Source: an uncultured Actinomycetota bacterium (GTDB lineage Bacteria > Actinomycetota > Actinomycetes > Mycobacteriales > Mycobacteriaceae). Taken from it: a DNA stretch of 64,000 nt. Below the pieces are notes generated by a model, which searched no databases, was not told the DNA's origin, and was given only the letters and a program-made list of their open reading frames with translations. This document shows positions 29,004-39,852 of this stretch, piece by piece. The stretch is from the NCBI GenBank assembly GCA_963715145.1, contig CAVQRL010000002.1:143266-207265 (forward strand), written 5' to 3'. The translations under genes and the position numbers were made by a program. Within the stretch, counting starts at the first letter, position 1, and every line of letters begins with the position of its first letter.

Positions 29004-32000
29004 GGTATTCGCCGCTGGAACTCGCCGAAGCCCTGGGACTTCCGGCCCCCACCGACGAGCAGGCCGCGGTCATCGCCGCCGCGCCGGGCCCGCTGGTGGT
29101 GGTCGCCGGCGCCGGGGCCGGCAAGACCGAAACCATGGCCGCACGGGTGGTGTGGCTGGTGGCCAACGGTTACGCCGACCCGGGTCAGGTGCTCGGTCTG
29201 ACGTTCACCCGTAAGGCGGCCGGGCAGTTGCTGCGCCGGGTGCGGTCCCGGTTGGCCCGGCTGTCCGGCCACCTCGGGTTCGAGCCGCCGGGCTCGCCGA
29301 CGGTGAGCACCTACCACGCCTTCGCCGGCACGCTGCTGCGCGAGTTCGGCCCGCTGCTGCCGGTCGAACCCGACGCCCGGCTGCTCAGCGAGACAGAACG
29401 CTGGCAGCTGGCCCTCGACGTCGTCAACGCCCACCCCGGCCCACTGCCGATCGACAAGAACCCGGTCACCGTCACCTCGATGGTGCTGCGGCTGTCCGAC
29501 GAGCTGGCAGAACATCTGGTCGACACCGCGGAACTGCGGCACACCCACCTCGAACTCGAGCGGCTGGTGCGCACCCTGCCCGCCGGTCCCCGCCAGCGCG
29601 GCGCGGGCCCCAACCGGCGGCTGCTGGACATGCTCGACACCCAGACCGAACGCGCCGCGCTGGTCCCGCTCATCGACGCCGTGCACGCCCGCATGCGCGC
29701 GGCCAAGGCGATGGACTTCGGCAGCCAGATGGCCGCCGCCGCCCGGCTGGCCGACGCCTGCCCGCAGGTCGGCGAACAGCTACGGGCCCGCTACCGCGTG
29801 GTGCTGCTCGACGAGTACCAGGACACCGGCCACGCCCAGCGCATCGCGTTGTCGGCGTTGTTCGGCGGCGGCGTCGACGACGGCCTGGCGCTCACCGCGG
29901 TCGGCGACCCCATCCAGTCCATCTACGGCTGGCGGGGAGCCTCGGCCACCAACCTGCCCCGCTTCACCACCGACTTCCCCACCGCGTCCGGGGCGCGCGG
30001 CGCAGCCCTCAGTCCGGCGCCCACCCTGGAACTGTGCACCAGTTGGCGCAATCCGCCGCGGGTGCTCGACCTGGCCAACGCGGTCTCCGCCGAGGCGCGT
30101 CAGCGCTCGGTCGCGGTGCGCCCGCTGCGGGCACGGCCCGAGGCGCCCGCCGGAACGGTGCTGTGCGCGCTGCAGCGCGATGTCGCCACCGAGCGCGACT
30201 GGGTCGCCGGCCACATCGCCGCCCGATACGACGCCGCGGCACGGGCCGGCGAACAGCCGCCCACCGCCGCGGTCCTGGTGCGCCGCAACGCCGACGCCGG
30301 ACCCGTCGCCGAGGCGCTGGCGGCCCGCGGAGTGCCGGTGGAGGTGGTGGGTCTGGCCGGTCTGCTGTCCATCTCCGAAGTGGCACAGATCATTTCGACG
30401 GTGCGTCTGGTGGCCGACCCCACCGCCGGAACGGCGGCCATGGAGGTGCTCACCGGCCCGCGCTGGCGCCTGGGCGCTCGCGATCTGGCGGCGCTGTGGC
30501 GACGGGCCGTCCAGCTCGACGCGGGGCGCCCCGCCGCGGTGTCGGCGCAGCAGATCGTCGCCGCGGCGGCCGCCGACGCCGACACCGCCAGCCTGGCCGA
30601 CGCGCTGGCCGACCCAGGCCCGGCTGCGGCCTACTCGGTCGAGGGCTACCGGCGGATCACCGCACTCGGCGTCGAACTGGCCCGGCTGCGGGGCTTCCTC
30701 ACTCACCCGGTGGGCGATCTGGTGGCCGAGGTGCGCCGCGTCCTCGGTGTCGACGTCGAGGTGCGCGCGGCCCGCCCCGACGGCGCACCCGGCTCCGGCG
30801 CCGAGCACCTCGACCGGTTCGCCGACGTGGTGGCCCGCTACGCCGACCGCCCCGGCGCCGACGCCGCGGGCCTGCTGGCCTACCTCGACGCGGCCGCCGA
30901 GGTGGAGAACGGGCTGTCGCCGGCCGAGGTGAGCGTGGCCGCCGGGCGGGTCCAGGTGCTCACCGTGCATGCGGCCAAGGGCCTGGAGTGGCAGATCGTC
31001 GCGGTCCCGCATCTCAGTGCCCGGGTGTTTCCGTCGACGGCGTCCAAGCGGACCTGGCTCACCGACGCCGCGGAACTGCCTCCGCTGCTCCGCGGTGACC
31101 GGGCCGGAAGCGCGGCACCGGAGGCGGTCGGCGGCGGCCTGCACGGGGTGCCGGTGCTCGACACCTCGGCGGTCAGCGACCGCAAGGCACTCGAAGATGT
31201 CATCGAGGCCCACCGCCGGCAGCTGCTGGCCCGCAGCATCGACGAGGAACGCCGCCTGCTCTACGTGGCCATCACCCGCGCCGAGGACACGCTGCTGCTG
31301 TCCGGACACCATTGGGGGGCAACCGAATCCACGCCGCGCGGCCCGTCGGACTTCCTCTGTGAGATCAGGGAGGTCATCGACAGTTCGGGCCGCGAAGGCA
31401 TCGAGCCCTGCGGAGCGGTCGAACACTGGGAGCCCGCGCCGCCCGAGGGTGAACCCAACCCGCTGCGCGACACCACCACCGAGGTGATGTGGCCGGTCGA
31501 CCCACTGGGCGGCCGGCGCGCCGACATCGAACGCGGTGCCCGGTTGGTGGCCCACGCGATGACGGCCCCGTCACCGCCGCAGCCCGCGCCACCGGACACC
31601 GCCGAGGATCCGCACGGCTGGATCGCCGACGTCGACGCCCTGCTCGCCGAACGTGCCCGCGCCGCCGAGCCGGCCCCGGCGACGCTGCCCACCCAGCTGT
31701 CGGTCAGCGCCTTGGTGGAACTCGACCGCGACCGCGCCGCCGCCCTTCGGCGGTTGAACCGAAGACTGCCCGCCCGGCCGGACCCGCACGCCCTGCTCGG
31801 CACCGCCTTCCACGACTGGGTGCAGCGGTTCTACGGCGCCGAGCGGCTGTTCGACCTCGACGACCTGCCGGGGGCCGGCGATCCGCACACCGCCGACGGC
31901 GAACAACTGAGCACCCTGCAGGACGCGTTCACCGCCTCACCCTGGGCCGCCCGCACCCCGCTGGACGTGGAGGTGCCCTTCGAACTGGTCCTCGGTGACA

Positions 32001-32307
32001 CCGTGGTCCGCGGCCGCATCGACGCGGTGTTTCCCGAGCCGGACGCCCGCGTCACCGTCGTCGACTGGAAGACCGGCGCACCACCCGCCGACGAGCAGGC
32101 CCGCCGGCACGCCGCGGTCCAGTTGGCGGTGTACCGGCTGGCCTGGGCCGGCTGGCCGGCTGTCAGCCCGAACAGGTGCGGGCGGTATTCCACTACGTGC
32201 GCTCGGGGCACACCGTGGAACCCGAAACACTTTATGGCGCAGCCGAACTCGCCGAGTTGCTCACGCCCGACGCGGAGCGTTGCGCCGGATCGCCAGCGCG
32301 CGGGTGA
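29000..32307 (+). CDS. adnB: Helicase-nuclease subunit AdnB, apparent frameshift near 32150
   Basis: [53 protein letters not shown]; true C-terminus VRAVFHYVRSG.. is in another frame with stop at 32307. Confidence 0.92.
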
Positions 32308-32692
32308 TCATCGGCAGCTGCATGGGCAGCCGGGCCAGCGAGGCCACCCGCATCGGCCATTTCTGCATGCCCGGCTTGTTCCACCACATCCGCACCATGT
32401 TGATGTTGGCCGGGAACACCGCCAGATACAGCGCGGCGGCCGCCAGTGCGCCGGTCCGCCGCGTCCGCGGAACCAGCAGCATGGCGCCCACACCGACCTC
32501 GGCGACCCCCGAGGCCAGCGTGTAGAAGCGGGCCTTGCCCGGCAACTCGGGCGGCACGATGGTGTCGAACGGCTGGGGCTTGAGGAAGTGGCCGACTCCG
32601 ATTCCGATCAGCATCGCTGCCATCGAGTAGGCGGGGCGCTGGCTGGCGGGTTCGGCGGAGGACTCGGCGGGGGTGTGCGGCATGGTTACCAT
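32261..32692 (-). CDS. DoxX family membrane protein
   Basis: GVGHF..IVP..SGVAE..VFPANI..RLPMQ. Confidence 0.82.
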   Translation of the reverse strand: MVTMPHTPAESSAEPASQRPAYSMAAMLIGIGVGHFLKPQPFDTIVPPELPGKARFYTLASGVAEVGVGAMLLVPRTRRTGALAAAALYLAVFPANINMVRMWWNKPGMQKWPMRVASLARLPMQLPMITRALAIRRNAPRRA

Positions 32693-32753
32693 AATGGCCG
32701 TGTGCGGGCAGTCACTCCGGCGAAACGGCCGGTCGATTCGATGACGGATCCCC

Positions 32754-33830
32754 GTGGCTGATCGTCGGCGCCGGCGCGGCCTCTTCGCGGTTCACGAGGA
32801 CCTCGCCGACAAGCCGGATTCCGCGCTCGTCGAATACCTGCGCATCCCGGAACCATTCGTCAGTCCCGGTCAGCGCATCGCCCGCCGGTTGCTGTATGCG
32901 CTGGGCGCGCTGTTCGCCGCCGTGCTCATCGTCTACATCGACCGCGATGGCTACCGCGACGTCACCGAGGAGCCGCTGACCTTCCTGGACTGCGTCTACT
33001 ACGCCACCGTGTCGCTGTCGACCACCGGCTACGGCGACATCACCCCGTTCTCGGAGCGTGCCCGCCTGATCAATGTTCTGGTCATCACGCCCCTGCGGGT
33101 GGCGTTCCTGATCGTCCTGGTCGGTACCACCGTGGAGACGCTGACCCAGGCGTCGCGGCAGACCCTGAAGATTCAGCGTTGGAGGAAAGCGGTGCGTAAC
33201 CACACTGTCGTCGTCGGCTACGGCACCAAGGGCCGCACCGCCGTCGCGGCCATGATCGGCGACGGGGTCGCCCCGGCGGACATCGTCGTCGTCGACACCG
33301 ACCAGACTCTGCTCGACCGCGCCAGCGCCGCCGGCCTGGTGACCGTCCGCGGCGACGCCAACCGTTCCGACGTGCTGCGACTGGCCGGCACCCAGCACGC
33401 CAAAGCCGTCGTCGTGGCCACCGACAGCGACGCCACCTCGGTGCTGGTGACGTTGACCGCCCGCGAGTTGGCGCCCGAGGCGACCATCATCGCCTCGGTC
33501 CGGGAGGGGGAGAACCGCCACCTGCTGCTGCAGTCCGGAGCGGACTCGGTCGTGGTGTCCTCCGAGACCGCCGGCCGGTTGCTCGGCCTGGCGACCTCCA
33601 AGCCGACGGTGGTCGAGATGATCGAGGACCTGCTGACCCCGGACGCCGGACTGGCGATCGCCGAGCGCGGGGTGGAGACCAAGGAGGTGGGCGGCTCGCC
33701 GCGGCACCTGTCCGACGTCGTGCTCGGCGTGCTGCGAGAGGGGAAGCTGATGCGCCTGGACGACTCGCGGGTCGATGCGCTGGAGAAGGGCGACCGCCTG
33801 CTCTACGTCCGACACGCCGAAGCCGACTGA
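32754..33830 (+). CDS. Potassium channel with RCK domain (Rv3200c-like)
   Basis: STTGYGD selectivity filter; VVGYGTKG RCK motif. Confidence 0.93.
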   Translation: MADRRRRRGLFAVHEDLADKPDSALVEYLRIPEPFVSPGQRIARRLLYALGALFAAVLIVYIDRDGYRDVTEEPLTFLDCVYYATVSLSTTGYGDITPFSERARLINVLVITPLRVAFLIVLVGTTVETLTQASRQTLKIQRWRKAVRNHTVVVGYGTKGRTAVAAMIGDGVAPADIVVVDTDQTLLDRASAAGLVTVRGDANRSDVLRLAGTQHAKAVVVATDSDATSVLVTLTARELAPEATIIASVREGENRHLLLQSGADSVVVSSETAGRLLGLATSKPTVVEMIEDLLTPDAGLAIAERGVETKEVGGSPRHLSDVVLGVLREGKLMRLDDSRVDALEKGDRLLYVRHAEAD

Positions 33831-33835
33831 CGGGA

Positions 33836-34753
33836 ATGAGCTTCCAGCTCCGCAACATTCCATTGTTGTCGCGCATCGGCGCCGACCGCGCCGACGAACT
33901 GCGCAGCGACGTCGAGGCGGCGGTGGCCGGCTGGATCGGCGCCCACCTGCTGCGGGTCGACGACCGCGGCAACGTCATGGTGACCGGCGACCAACTGGTC
34001 CTCGGTGCGGCCGCGGCGTACGCCGACGAACCGCCCGGCGACGCGGTGTTTCTCGGCCGGCTGGAGGACGGCCGGCACGTGTGGGCGGTGCGGGCGCCGC
34101 TGGAGGCCCCGGTCGACCCCTCGGCCCGCGCCGTCGATCCCCGCCGCGCCGGCATCCCGTTCGACGACGTCTCCGCCCAGCTGGTGGCGTGCGCCCTGGC
34201 GCTGCTGAATTGGCATGACGCAGCACGCTTTTCGCCGGCGGACGGCAGCCCGACCCGGCCCATCAGGGCGGGCTGGGCGCGGCGGAATCTGCTCACCGGG
34301 CGCGAGGAGTTCCCCCGCGTCGACCCGGCGGTGATCTGCCTGGTGCATGACGGCCACGACCGTGCGGTGCTGGCCCGGCAGGTGGTCTGGCCGCCGCGGC
34401 TGTTCTCGCTCGTCGCCGGATTCGTCGAGGCCGGTGAGTCGTTCGAGTCCTGCGTGGTGCGCGAGATCGCCGAGGAGATCGGGCTGACCGTCACCAACGT
34501 GCACTATCTGGGCAGTCAGCCGTGGCCGTTCCCGCGTTCGCTGATGGTGGGCTTCCACGCCCTGGGCGATCCCGAGCAGGAGTTCTCCTACAACGACGGC
34601 GAGATCGCCGAGGCGGCCTGGTTCACCCGGGCGGAGGTGCGCGCGGCACTGGCGGAGGGGGACTGGTCCAGCGATTCGCAATCCCGGCTACTGCTGCCCG
34701 GCAGCATCTCCATCGCCCGCGAGATCATCGAGTCCTGGGCCTACCGGGACTGA
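33836..34753 (+). CDS. nudC: NAD(H) diphosphatase NudC
   Basis: Nudix box GFVEAGESFESCVVREIAEEIG and SQPWPFP. Confidence 0.95.
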   Translation: MSFQLRNIPLLSRIGADRADELRSDVEAAVAGWIGAHLLRVDDRGNVMVTGDQLVLGAAAAYADEPPGDAVFLGRLEDGRHVWAVRAPLEAPVDPSARAVDPRRAGIPFDDVSAQLVACALALLNWHDAARFSPADGSPTRPIRAGWARRNLLTGREEFPRVDPAVICLVHDGHDRAVLARQVVWPPRLFSLVAGFVEAGESFESCVVREIAEEIGLTVTNVHYLGSQPWPFPRSLMVGFHALGDPEQEFSYNDGEIAEAAWFTRAEVRAALAEGDWSSDSQSRLLLPGSISIAREIIESWAYRD

Positions 34754-34816
34754 TGCCGCGGGCCCGCCGGGTTTGCGTCCAGATCAGAATGTTTAGGTAT
34801 CACTGAGGAGGCGGTC

Positions 34817-35779
34817 ATGCTCTCTATCCAGGACTTGGTCGACGAAGGCCTCTTGGCCTGTCCGCGCTGTCACAGCGCCGTACTCGGCAATGGGGACGGA
34901 TTGCGGTGCGCCGGAGTCGACTGCCGCTACGCGTCGGAGACCTTTCCGGTCATTTCCGGTATCCCTGCGCTGGTCGACTTCGAGCGCAGCGTCCTTGAAC
35001 TCGATCGACTGAGTGCAAGCGAAGGTGCATCAGAGGTCAAGCGATGGCAGTTGGGCAGATGGCTATGGAAATTCCTGCACCCGGCCAACACCACCGCACA
35101 GGCTCAGGTGGCAAGGATGGTGACGGAGCTGCGCGCCGATGCAGCCGGAACGGGCCATCCTCCGCGGATTCTCGTCATCGGCGGCGGCACGGTGGGCGGA
35201 GGGCTTTCCGAGGTCTACGACGGTTGCTCCGTCGACCTGGTCGCGTTCGACATCTATTCCAGTCCGCTGGTGCAGTTCATCGGTGACGGTCATTCCATCC
35301 CTCTGGCGAACGGCAGCATGGACGGCGTCATCATCCAAGCCGTTCTCGAACATGTTCTCGAGCCGACGTCGGTGACGGCCGAGATTGAGCGGGTGCTGCG
35401 GCCGGGTGGGATCGTTTACGCCGATACCCCGTTCCTCCAGCAGGTTCACGAAGGGGCGTACGACTTCACCCGTTTCACAGACAGTGGCCACCGCTACCTG
35501 TTCCGCCGCTTCGAACGGATCGATTCGGGCATAGTCGCCGGGGCGGGGACCGCACTGCGCTGGTCGATCGGCTACTTCGTTCGCGCCCTGACCCGTTCGG
35601 TGCGGCTTGGCCAGATCGCCTCGGTCCTGTTCTTCTGGCTGAGTTTGCTGGACGACGTCCTGGACCCCCGTCACTCGCTGGACGGGGCCAGCAGCGTGTT
35701 CTTCCTCGGGAGGAAGACGGAGCGGTCGATCTCAGCCGCCGAGATCATCGATTACTACCAGGGCGGCGATATGCGGTGA
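34817..35779 (+). CDS. Class I SAM-dependent methyltransferase with Trm112-like N-terminal Cys knuckle
   Basis: LACPRC..C....C..GIP; ILVIGGG, GDGHSIP, AVLEHV, RVLRPGG; GAGGAGG SD. Confidence 0.82.
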   Translation: MLSIQDLVDEGLLACPRCHSAVLGNGDGLRCAGVDCRYASETFPVISGIPALVDFERSVLELDRLSASEGASEVKRWQLGRWLWKFLHPANTTAQAQVARMVTELRADAAGTGHPPRILVIGGGTVGGGLSEVYDGCSVDLVAFDIYSSPLVQFIGDGHSIPLANGSMDGVIIQAVLEHVLEPTSVTAEIERVLRPGGIVYADTPFLQQVHEGAYDFTRFTDSGHRYLFRRFERIDSGIVAGAGTALRWSIGYFVRALTRSVRLGQIASVLFFWLSLLDDVLDPRHSLDGASSVFFLGRKTERSISAAEIIDYYQGGDMR

Positions 35780-35847
35780 TCAACCTGAGTAGGACGTTTT
35801 TCTGGGGCGCTGACTAACGCTGACGATGGCGACCGTCCCGCCGCCCG

Positions 35848-36093
35848 CTACACACCCAACTTGGCCTTCACATCGGCCAGCGACGGGTTGGTCAGCGCGG
35901 ACCCGTCCGGAAACCGCACCGTCGGCACCGTCTGGTTACCCCTGTTGACGCTCATCACGAACTCCGCGGCGGCCGGATCGTGCTCGATGTCCACCTCGGT
36001 GAACGCGATGCCCGCCGACTTCAGCATGGTTTTCAGCCGCTTGCAGTAGCCGCACCACACCGTGCTGTACATGATCAGTTCAGAGCCGCTCAT
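35848..36093 (-). CDS. mrx1: Mycoredoxin-1
   Basis: WCGYC active site, [12 protein letters not shown]. Confidence 0.93.
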   Translation of the reverse strand: MSGSELIMYSTVWCGYCKRLKTMLKSAGIAFTEVDIEHDPAAAEFVMSVNRGNQTVPTVRFPDGSALTNPSLADVKAKLGV

Positions 36094-36130
36094 AGGCACA
36101 GAACCTAGCCTGTCCCCGCCTACTGCCAAG

Positions 36131-38236
36131 ATGGACGCCATGCCGGTGACCGCCGACCATCTGGCCGGCCTCGACGAGGAACAGCGCGAGGCCGTCCTGG
36201 CCGCGCGCGGCCCGGTGTGCGTGCTGGCCGGCGCGGGCACCGGCAAGACCCGCACCATCACCCACCGCATCGCCCATCTGGTGGCCGGCGGTCACGTCTC
36301 GGCCGGCCAGGTGCTGGCGGTGACGTTCACCTCGCGGGCGGCGGGGGAGATGCGCACCCGGCTCCGCGCCATGGACGCCGGGAACGCCGGGGTGGCCGGC
36401 GTGCAGGCGCTGACCTTCCACGCCGCCGCCCGCCGCCAGTTGCAGTACTTCTGGCCACGGGTGGTCGGCGACACCGCCTGGCAACTGCTCGACAGCAAGT
36501 TCGCCGTCGTCGCGCAGGCCGCCAACCGCGCCCGGCTGCAGGCCTCCACCGACGACGTGCGCGACCTGGCCGGGGAGATCGAGTGGGCCAAGGCCTCGTT
36601 GATCACCCCGGAGACCTACGCCGCCGCGGTCGCCGAGACCGCCCGCGACATTCCCCTGGACGCCGCGAAGGTGGCCGCCGTCTACGCCGGTTACGAGGCG
36701 CTCAAAGCCAACCGGGACGGCACGACACTGCTCGACTTCGACGACCTGCTGCTGCACACCGCGGCCGCCATCGAGAACGACGCGGCGGTGGCCGGCGAGT
36801 TCCGCGACCGCTACCGGTGTTTCGTCGTCGACGAGTACCAGGACGTCACCCCGCTGCAGCAGCGGGTGCTCGACGCCTGGCTCGGCGACCGTGACGACCT
36901 GACCGTCGTCGGCGACGCCAACCAGACCATCTACTCGTTCACCGGCGCATCACCGCGCTACCTGCTCGACTTCTCCCGGCGCTTCCCCGAGGCCACCGTC
37001 GTGCGGCTGGAACGCGACTACCGCTCCACCCCGCAGGTGGTGTCGCTGGCCAACCGGGTGATCGCCGCCGCGCGCGGCCGGATGGCCGGCAGCAAGCTGC
37101 ACCTGGTCGGCCAGCGCCCGCCCGGCCCGGAGCCGGTTTTCCGGGAGCACCCCGACGAGGTCGCCGAGGCCGCCGCGGTGGCCCGCGCGGCCAAGCAGCT
37201 CGTCGAATCCGGCACGCCCGCAGCCGAAATCGCGGTGCTCTACCGCATCAACGCCCAGTCCGAGGTCTACGAAGAGGCGCTCACCGCGGCCGGCATCCCG
37301 TTCCAGGTGCGCGGCGGCGAGGGCTTCTTCTCCCGCCAGGAGATCCGCCAGTCGCTGGTCGCCCTGCAGCGCGCCGCCGATCGAGGTGCCGAGGGGGAGT
37401 TGCCGGCGCTGGTGCGCGCCCTGCTCGAACCCCTCGGCCTGACCGCCGACGCGCCCACCGGCGTGCGGGCCCGGGAACGCTGGGAGGCGTTGACGGCGCT
37501 GGCCGAACTGGTCGACGAAGAGGTCGCGGCCCGCCCCGAGGTGGACCTGCCCGCCCTGGTGGCGGAGTTGCGGGTGCGCGCCGACTCCCGCCACCCCCCG
37601 ACGGTGCAGGGTGTCACCCTGGCCTCGCTGCACGCCGCCAAGGGCCTGGAGTGGGACGCCGTCTTCCTGGTCGGCCTGGCCGACGCCACCCTGCCCATCA
37701 GCCACGCCCTGGCGCACGGCCCCGACAGCGAGGCCGTCGAGGAGGAGCGCCGTCTGCTCTACGTCGGAATCACCCGCGCCAGAAAGCATCTCGAGCTCAG
37801 CTGGGCGCTGGCCCGCCAGCCCGGCGGCCGCCAGTCCCGCAAGCCCTCGCGCTTTCTGGGCGGTATCGCCCCGCAGACCCGCACCGACCCCTCGCAGGGA
37901 CCGGCCGGCAAACGCCGTCAGCGCGGCGCCACCCCCCGGTGCCGGGTCTGCAACGCCGTCCTGACCAGCGCACCGTCAATCATGTTGCGCCGCTGCGAAA
38001 CCTGCGCGGTGGACATCGACGAGGAGCTGCTCGCCCAGCTCAAGGAGTGGCGGCTGAACACCGCCCGCGAACTCAGCGTCCCGGCCTACGTGGTGTTCAC
38101 CGACAACACGCTGATCGCCATCGCGGAATCACTGCCCACCGATGACGCCGCGCTGGTCGCCATCCCGGGCATCGGCGCGCGCAAGCTCGAGCAGTTCGGC
38201 GCCGACGTCCTGGAACTGGTGCGCGCCCGGCAGTAG
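36131..38236 (+). CDS. uvrD2: DNA helicase UvrD2
   Basis: [22 protein letters not shown]; CRVC..CETC motif and HRDC domain (VPAYVVFTD). Confidence 0.95.
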   Translation: MDAMPVTADHLAGLDEEQREAVLAARGPVCVLAGAGTGKTRTITHRIAHLVAGGHVSAGQVLAVTFTSRAAGEMRTRLRAMDAGNAGVAGVQALTFHAAARRQLQYFWPRVVGDTAWQLLDSKFAVVAQAANRARLQASTDDVRDLAGEIEWAKASLITPETYAAAVAETARDIPLDAAKVAAVYAGYEALKANRDGTTLLDFDDLLLHTAAAIENDAAVAGEFRDRYRCFVVDEYQDVTPLQQRVLDAWLGDRDDLTVVGDANQTIYSFTGASPRYLLDFSRRFPEATVVRLERDYRSTPQVVSLANRVIAAARGRMAGSKLHLVGQRPPGPEPVFREHPDEVAEAAAVARAAKQLVESGTPAAEIAVLYRINAQSEVYEEALTAAGIPFQVRGGEGFFSRQEIRQSLVALQRAADRGAEGELPALVRALLEPLGLTADAPTGVRARERWEALTALAELVDEEVAARPEVDLPALVAELRVRADSRHPPTVQGVTLASLHAAKGLEWDAVFLVGLADATLPISHALAHGPDSEAVEEERRLLYVGITRARKHLELSWALARQPGGRQSRKPSRFLGGIAPQTRTDPSQGPAGKRRQRGATPRCRVCNAVLTSAPSIMLRRCETCAVDIDEELLAQLKEWRLNTARELSVPAYVVFTDNTLIAIAESLPTDDAALVAIPGIGARKLEQFGADVLELVRARQ

Positions 38237-38241
38237 CAGCC

Positions 38242-38781
38242 TCAGCCGATACCCAGTTCGCGCGCCGCGGTGTTCGCCGCCCGCGCGCCTGAGATCCGGC
38301 GCAGCAGCAGCAGTCCGTCGAGCACCGCCACCGATGCCAGCGCCTGGCGGCGCCGCTCGGCAGCGCTGGCAGCGGCGATGCGCGGCTCGAGCCAGTCCAC
38401 CCAGCCGTTGATGAGCAGCGGCATCAGCGTGGCGTAGGGCTCGCGACCGGCACTGGCCAGGCCGACGATTTCGAAATACACCGCGAACACCGGATCGGCG
38501 GCCGGTGACGCCAGGGCCGGCCACGCCCGTCGCTGTAGGTCCGCGGCCGGCAGCGCGGCCTCGCCGAAGGCGCCGGCCAGGGTGGTCTGCAATCGTTCGC
38601 CCAGCGCGGCGACCACGGCGGTGACCATCTCGTTCTTGGTGGGGAAGTAGTAGACGACGGTGCGGTCGCTGATGCCGAGGCTCTTGCCGACCGAGTCGAA
38701 GGTGAGCGACCCGATCCCCGACGCCGCGGCGAGGTCGGACGCCGCCGCCAGGATGTCGGCGCGCGAGTACTTGTAGCCCAC
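38242..38781 (-). CDS. TetR family regulator
   Basis: [24 protein letters not shown] helix-turn-helix. Confidence 0.88.
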   Translation of the reverse strand: MGYKYSRADILAAASDLAAASGIGSLTFDSVGKSLGISDRTVVYYFPTKNEMVTAVVAALGERLQTTLAGAFGEAALPAADLQRRAWPALASPAADPVFAVYFEIVGLASAGREPYATLMPLLINGWVDWLEPRIAAASAAERRRQALASVAVLDGLLLLRRISGARAANTAARELGIG

Positions 38782-38812
38782 CTCTTGATCGTAGAGGTCC
38801 TGCCGCCTATCG

Positions 38813-38838
38813 TAGTTTGTAGTAAGAACTACAAACTA
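38813..38838. promoter_or_regulatory. Perfect inverted repeat, probable TetR operator
   Basis: TAGTTTGTAGT-AAGA-ACTACAAACTA in the divergent intergenic region. Confidence 0.78.
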
Positions 38839-38851
38839 GGAAGGATTCGAC

Positions 38852-39253
38852 GTGGACGAACCTGGTAACGGCGCGGCGGCAACGGGATTAGCCGTGGGCG
38901 CGGCAGTCGCTCTGGTCTTCGCGATCATCATCAGCCTGCTGCCGGACTCGCTGTTTCTGCAGACGCCGAAGCGGGTCGCGGTGTTCGCCGCCTGCGCCCT
39001 GGCCGCCCCGCCGACGGTGTGGTTTCTGCAGTGGGTCGCCCGGATCCGCGGGCACGATCAGCGGCTGCTGTTCACTTGGGCCGCCGCCGGCGCCATGACC
39101 TTCGACGGCCTGGCGATCGGGTTCGTCCCGGCGCTGTACGGCCAGACCGGCCAGGCGCTGGCCTGGACGGCCGCCGCGCTGATCTTCGCCTTCGCCAGCC
39201 TGATCGTCGCCGGTCAGGTGATGCTCGGCCGGGTGGTGCCCGCCGCGGTGTAA
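38852..39253 (+). CDS. Small 4-TM membrane protein
   Basis: Four hydrophobic helices; AGGAAGGA SD; divergent from the TetR gene. Confidence 0.72.
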   Translation: MDEPGNGAAATGLAVGAAVALVFAIIISLLPDSLFLQTPKRVAVFAACALAAPPTVWFLQWVARIRGHDQRLLFTWAAAGAMTFDGLAIGFVPALYGQTGQALAWTAAALIFAFASLIVAGQVMLGRVVPAAV

Positions 39254-39389
39254 CCCCCGGATCACCACCCCCGGCGCGGCGTCGTCGTAGCCCGCCCGCC
39301 GATCCGGCACGGGAAGTGCCGTGTCAGGCGGCGGTGCCCCGTACCGCGGGAGGCAACCCGGTACGGTTCCGGGGGAGAAAGGTGGGCGG

Positions 39390-39845
39390 GTGAAACCTCA
39401 GCGGCGGTCAGTGACTCGACGGGTGCTCGCCCGGGGCTGGATGCTGATCATCGCCGCCGTCGTGGTCGGCGCCGCCGGGTTCGCCGTCTACCGGTTGCAG
39501 GGGGTGTTCGGCTCGCACGTGAACACCTCCACCCCCGGGGGCCAAGCCGACGAGATCATCGCCTTCAACCCCAAGACCGTGGTCCTCGAGGTGTTCGGCG
39601 ACCCGGGGGCGACCGCGCGGATCAGCTACACCGACGTCCACGCCGAGCCGCAGCACCTCGACGCGACCCCGCTGCCCTGGTCCTACGAGGACTCCACCAC
39701 CACCCCGGCGGTGATCGCCAACATCATGGCGCAGAGCGACGGCAGTTCGCTGGGCTGCCGGATCACCATCGACGGCGAGGTCAAGGTCGAACGGTGGGCC
39801 GACGGTCCCAGCCCGTACACCTTCTGTCTGGACAAGTCCGGGTGA
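39390..39845 (+). CDS. mmpS: MmpS family protein
   Basis: TM helix, FNPKTVVLEVFG, LPWS, CRITIDG..FCLDKS. Confidence 0.92.
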   Translation: MKPQRRSVTRRVLARGWMLIIAAVVVGAAGFAVYRLQGVFGSHVNTSTPGGQADEIIAFNPKTVVLEVFGDPGATARISYTDVHAEPQHLDATPLPWSYEDSTTTPAVIANIMAQSDGSSLGCRITIDGEVKVERWADGPSPYTFCLDKSG

Positions 39846-39852
39846 GCCGGCC

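Noticed and set aside
28946-32761. AdnB with a long C-terminal extension (1271 aa)
   Set aside because: The extension results from a frameshift near 32150 and reads antisense through the DoxX gene; the normal C-terminus is in another frame
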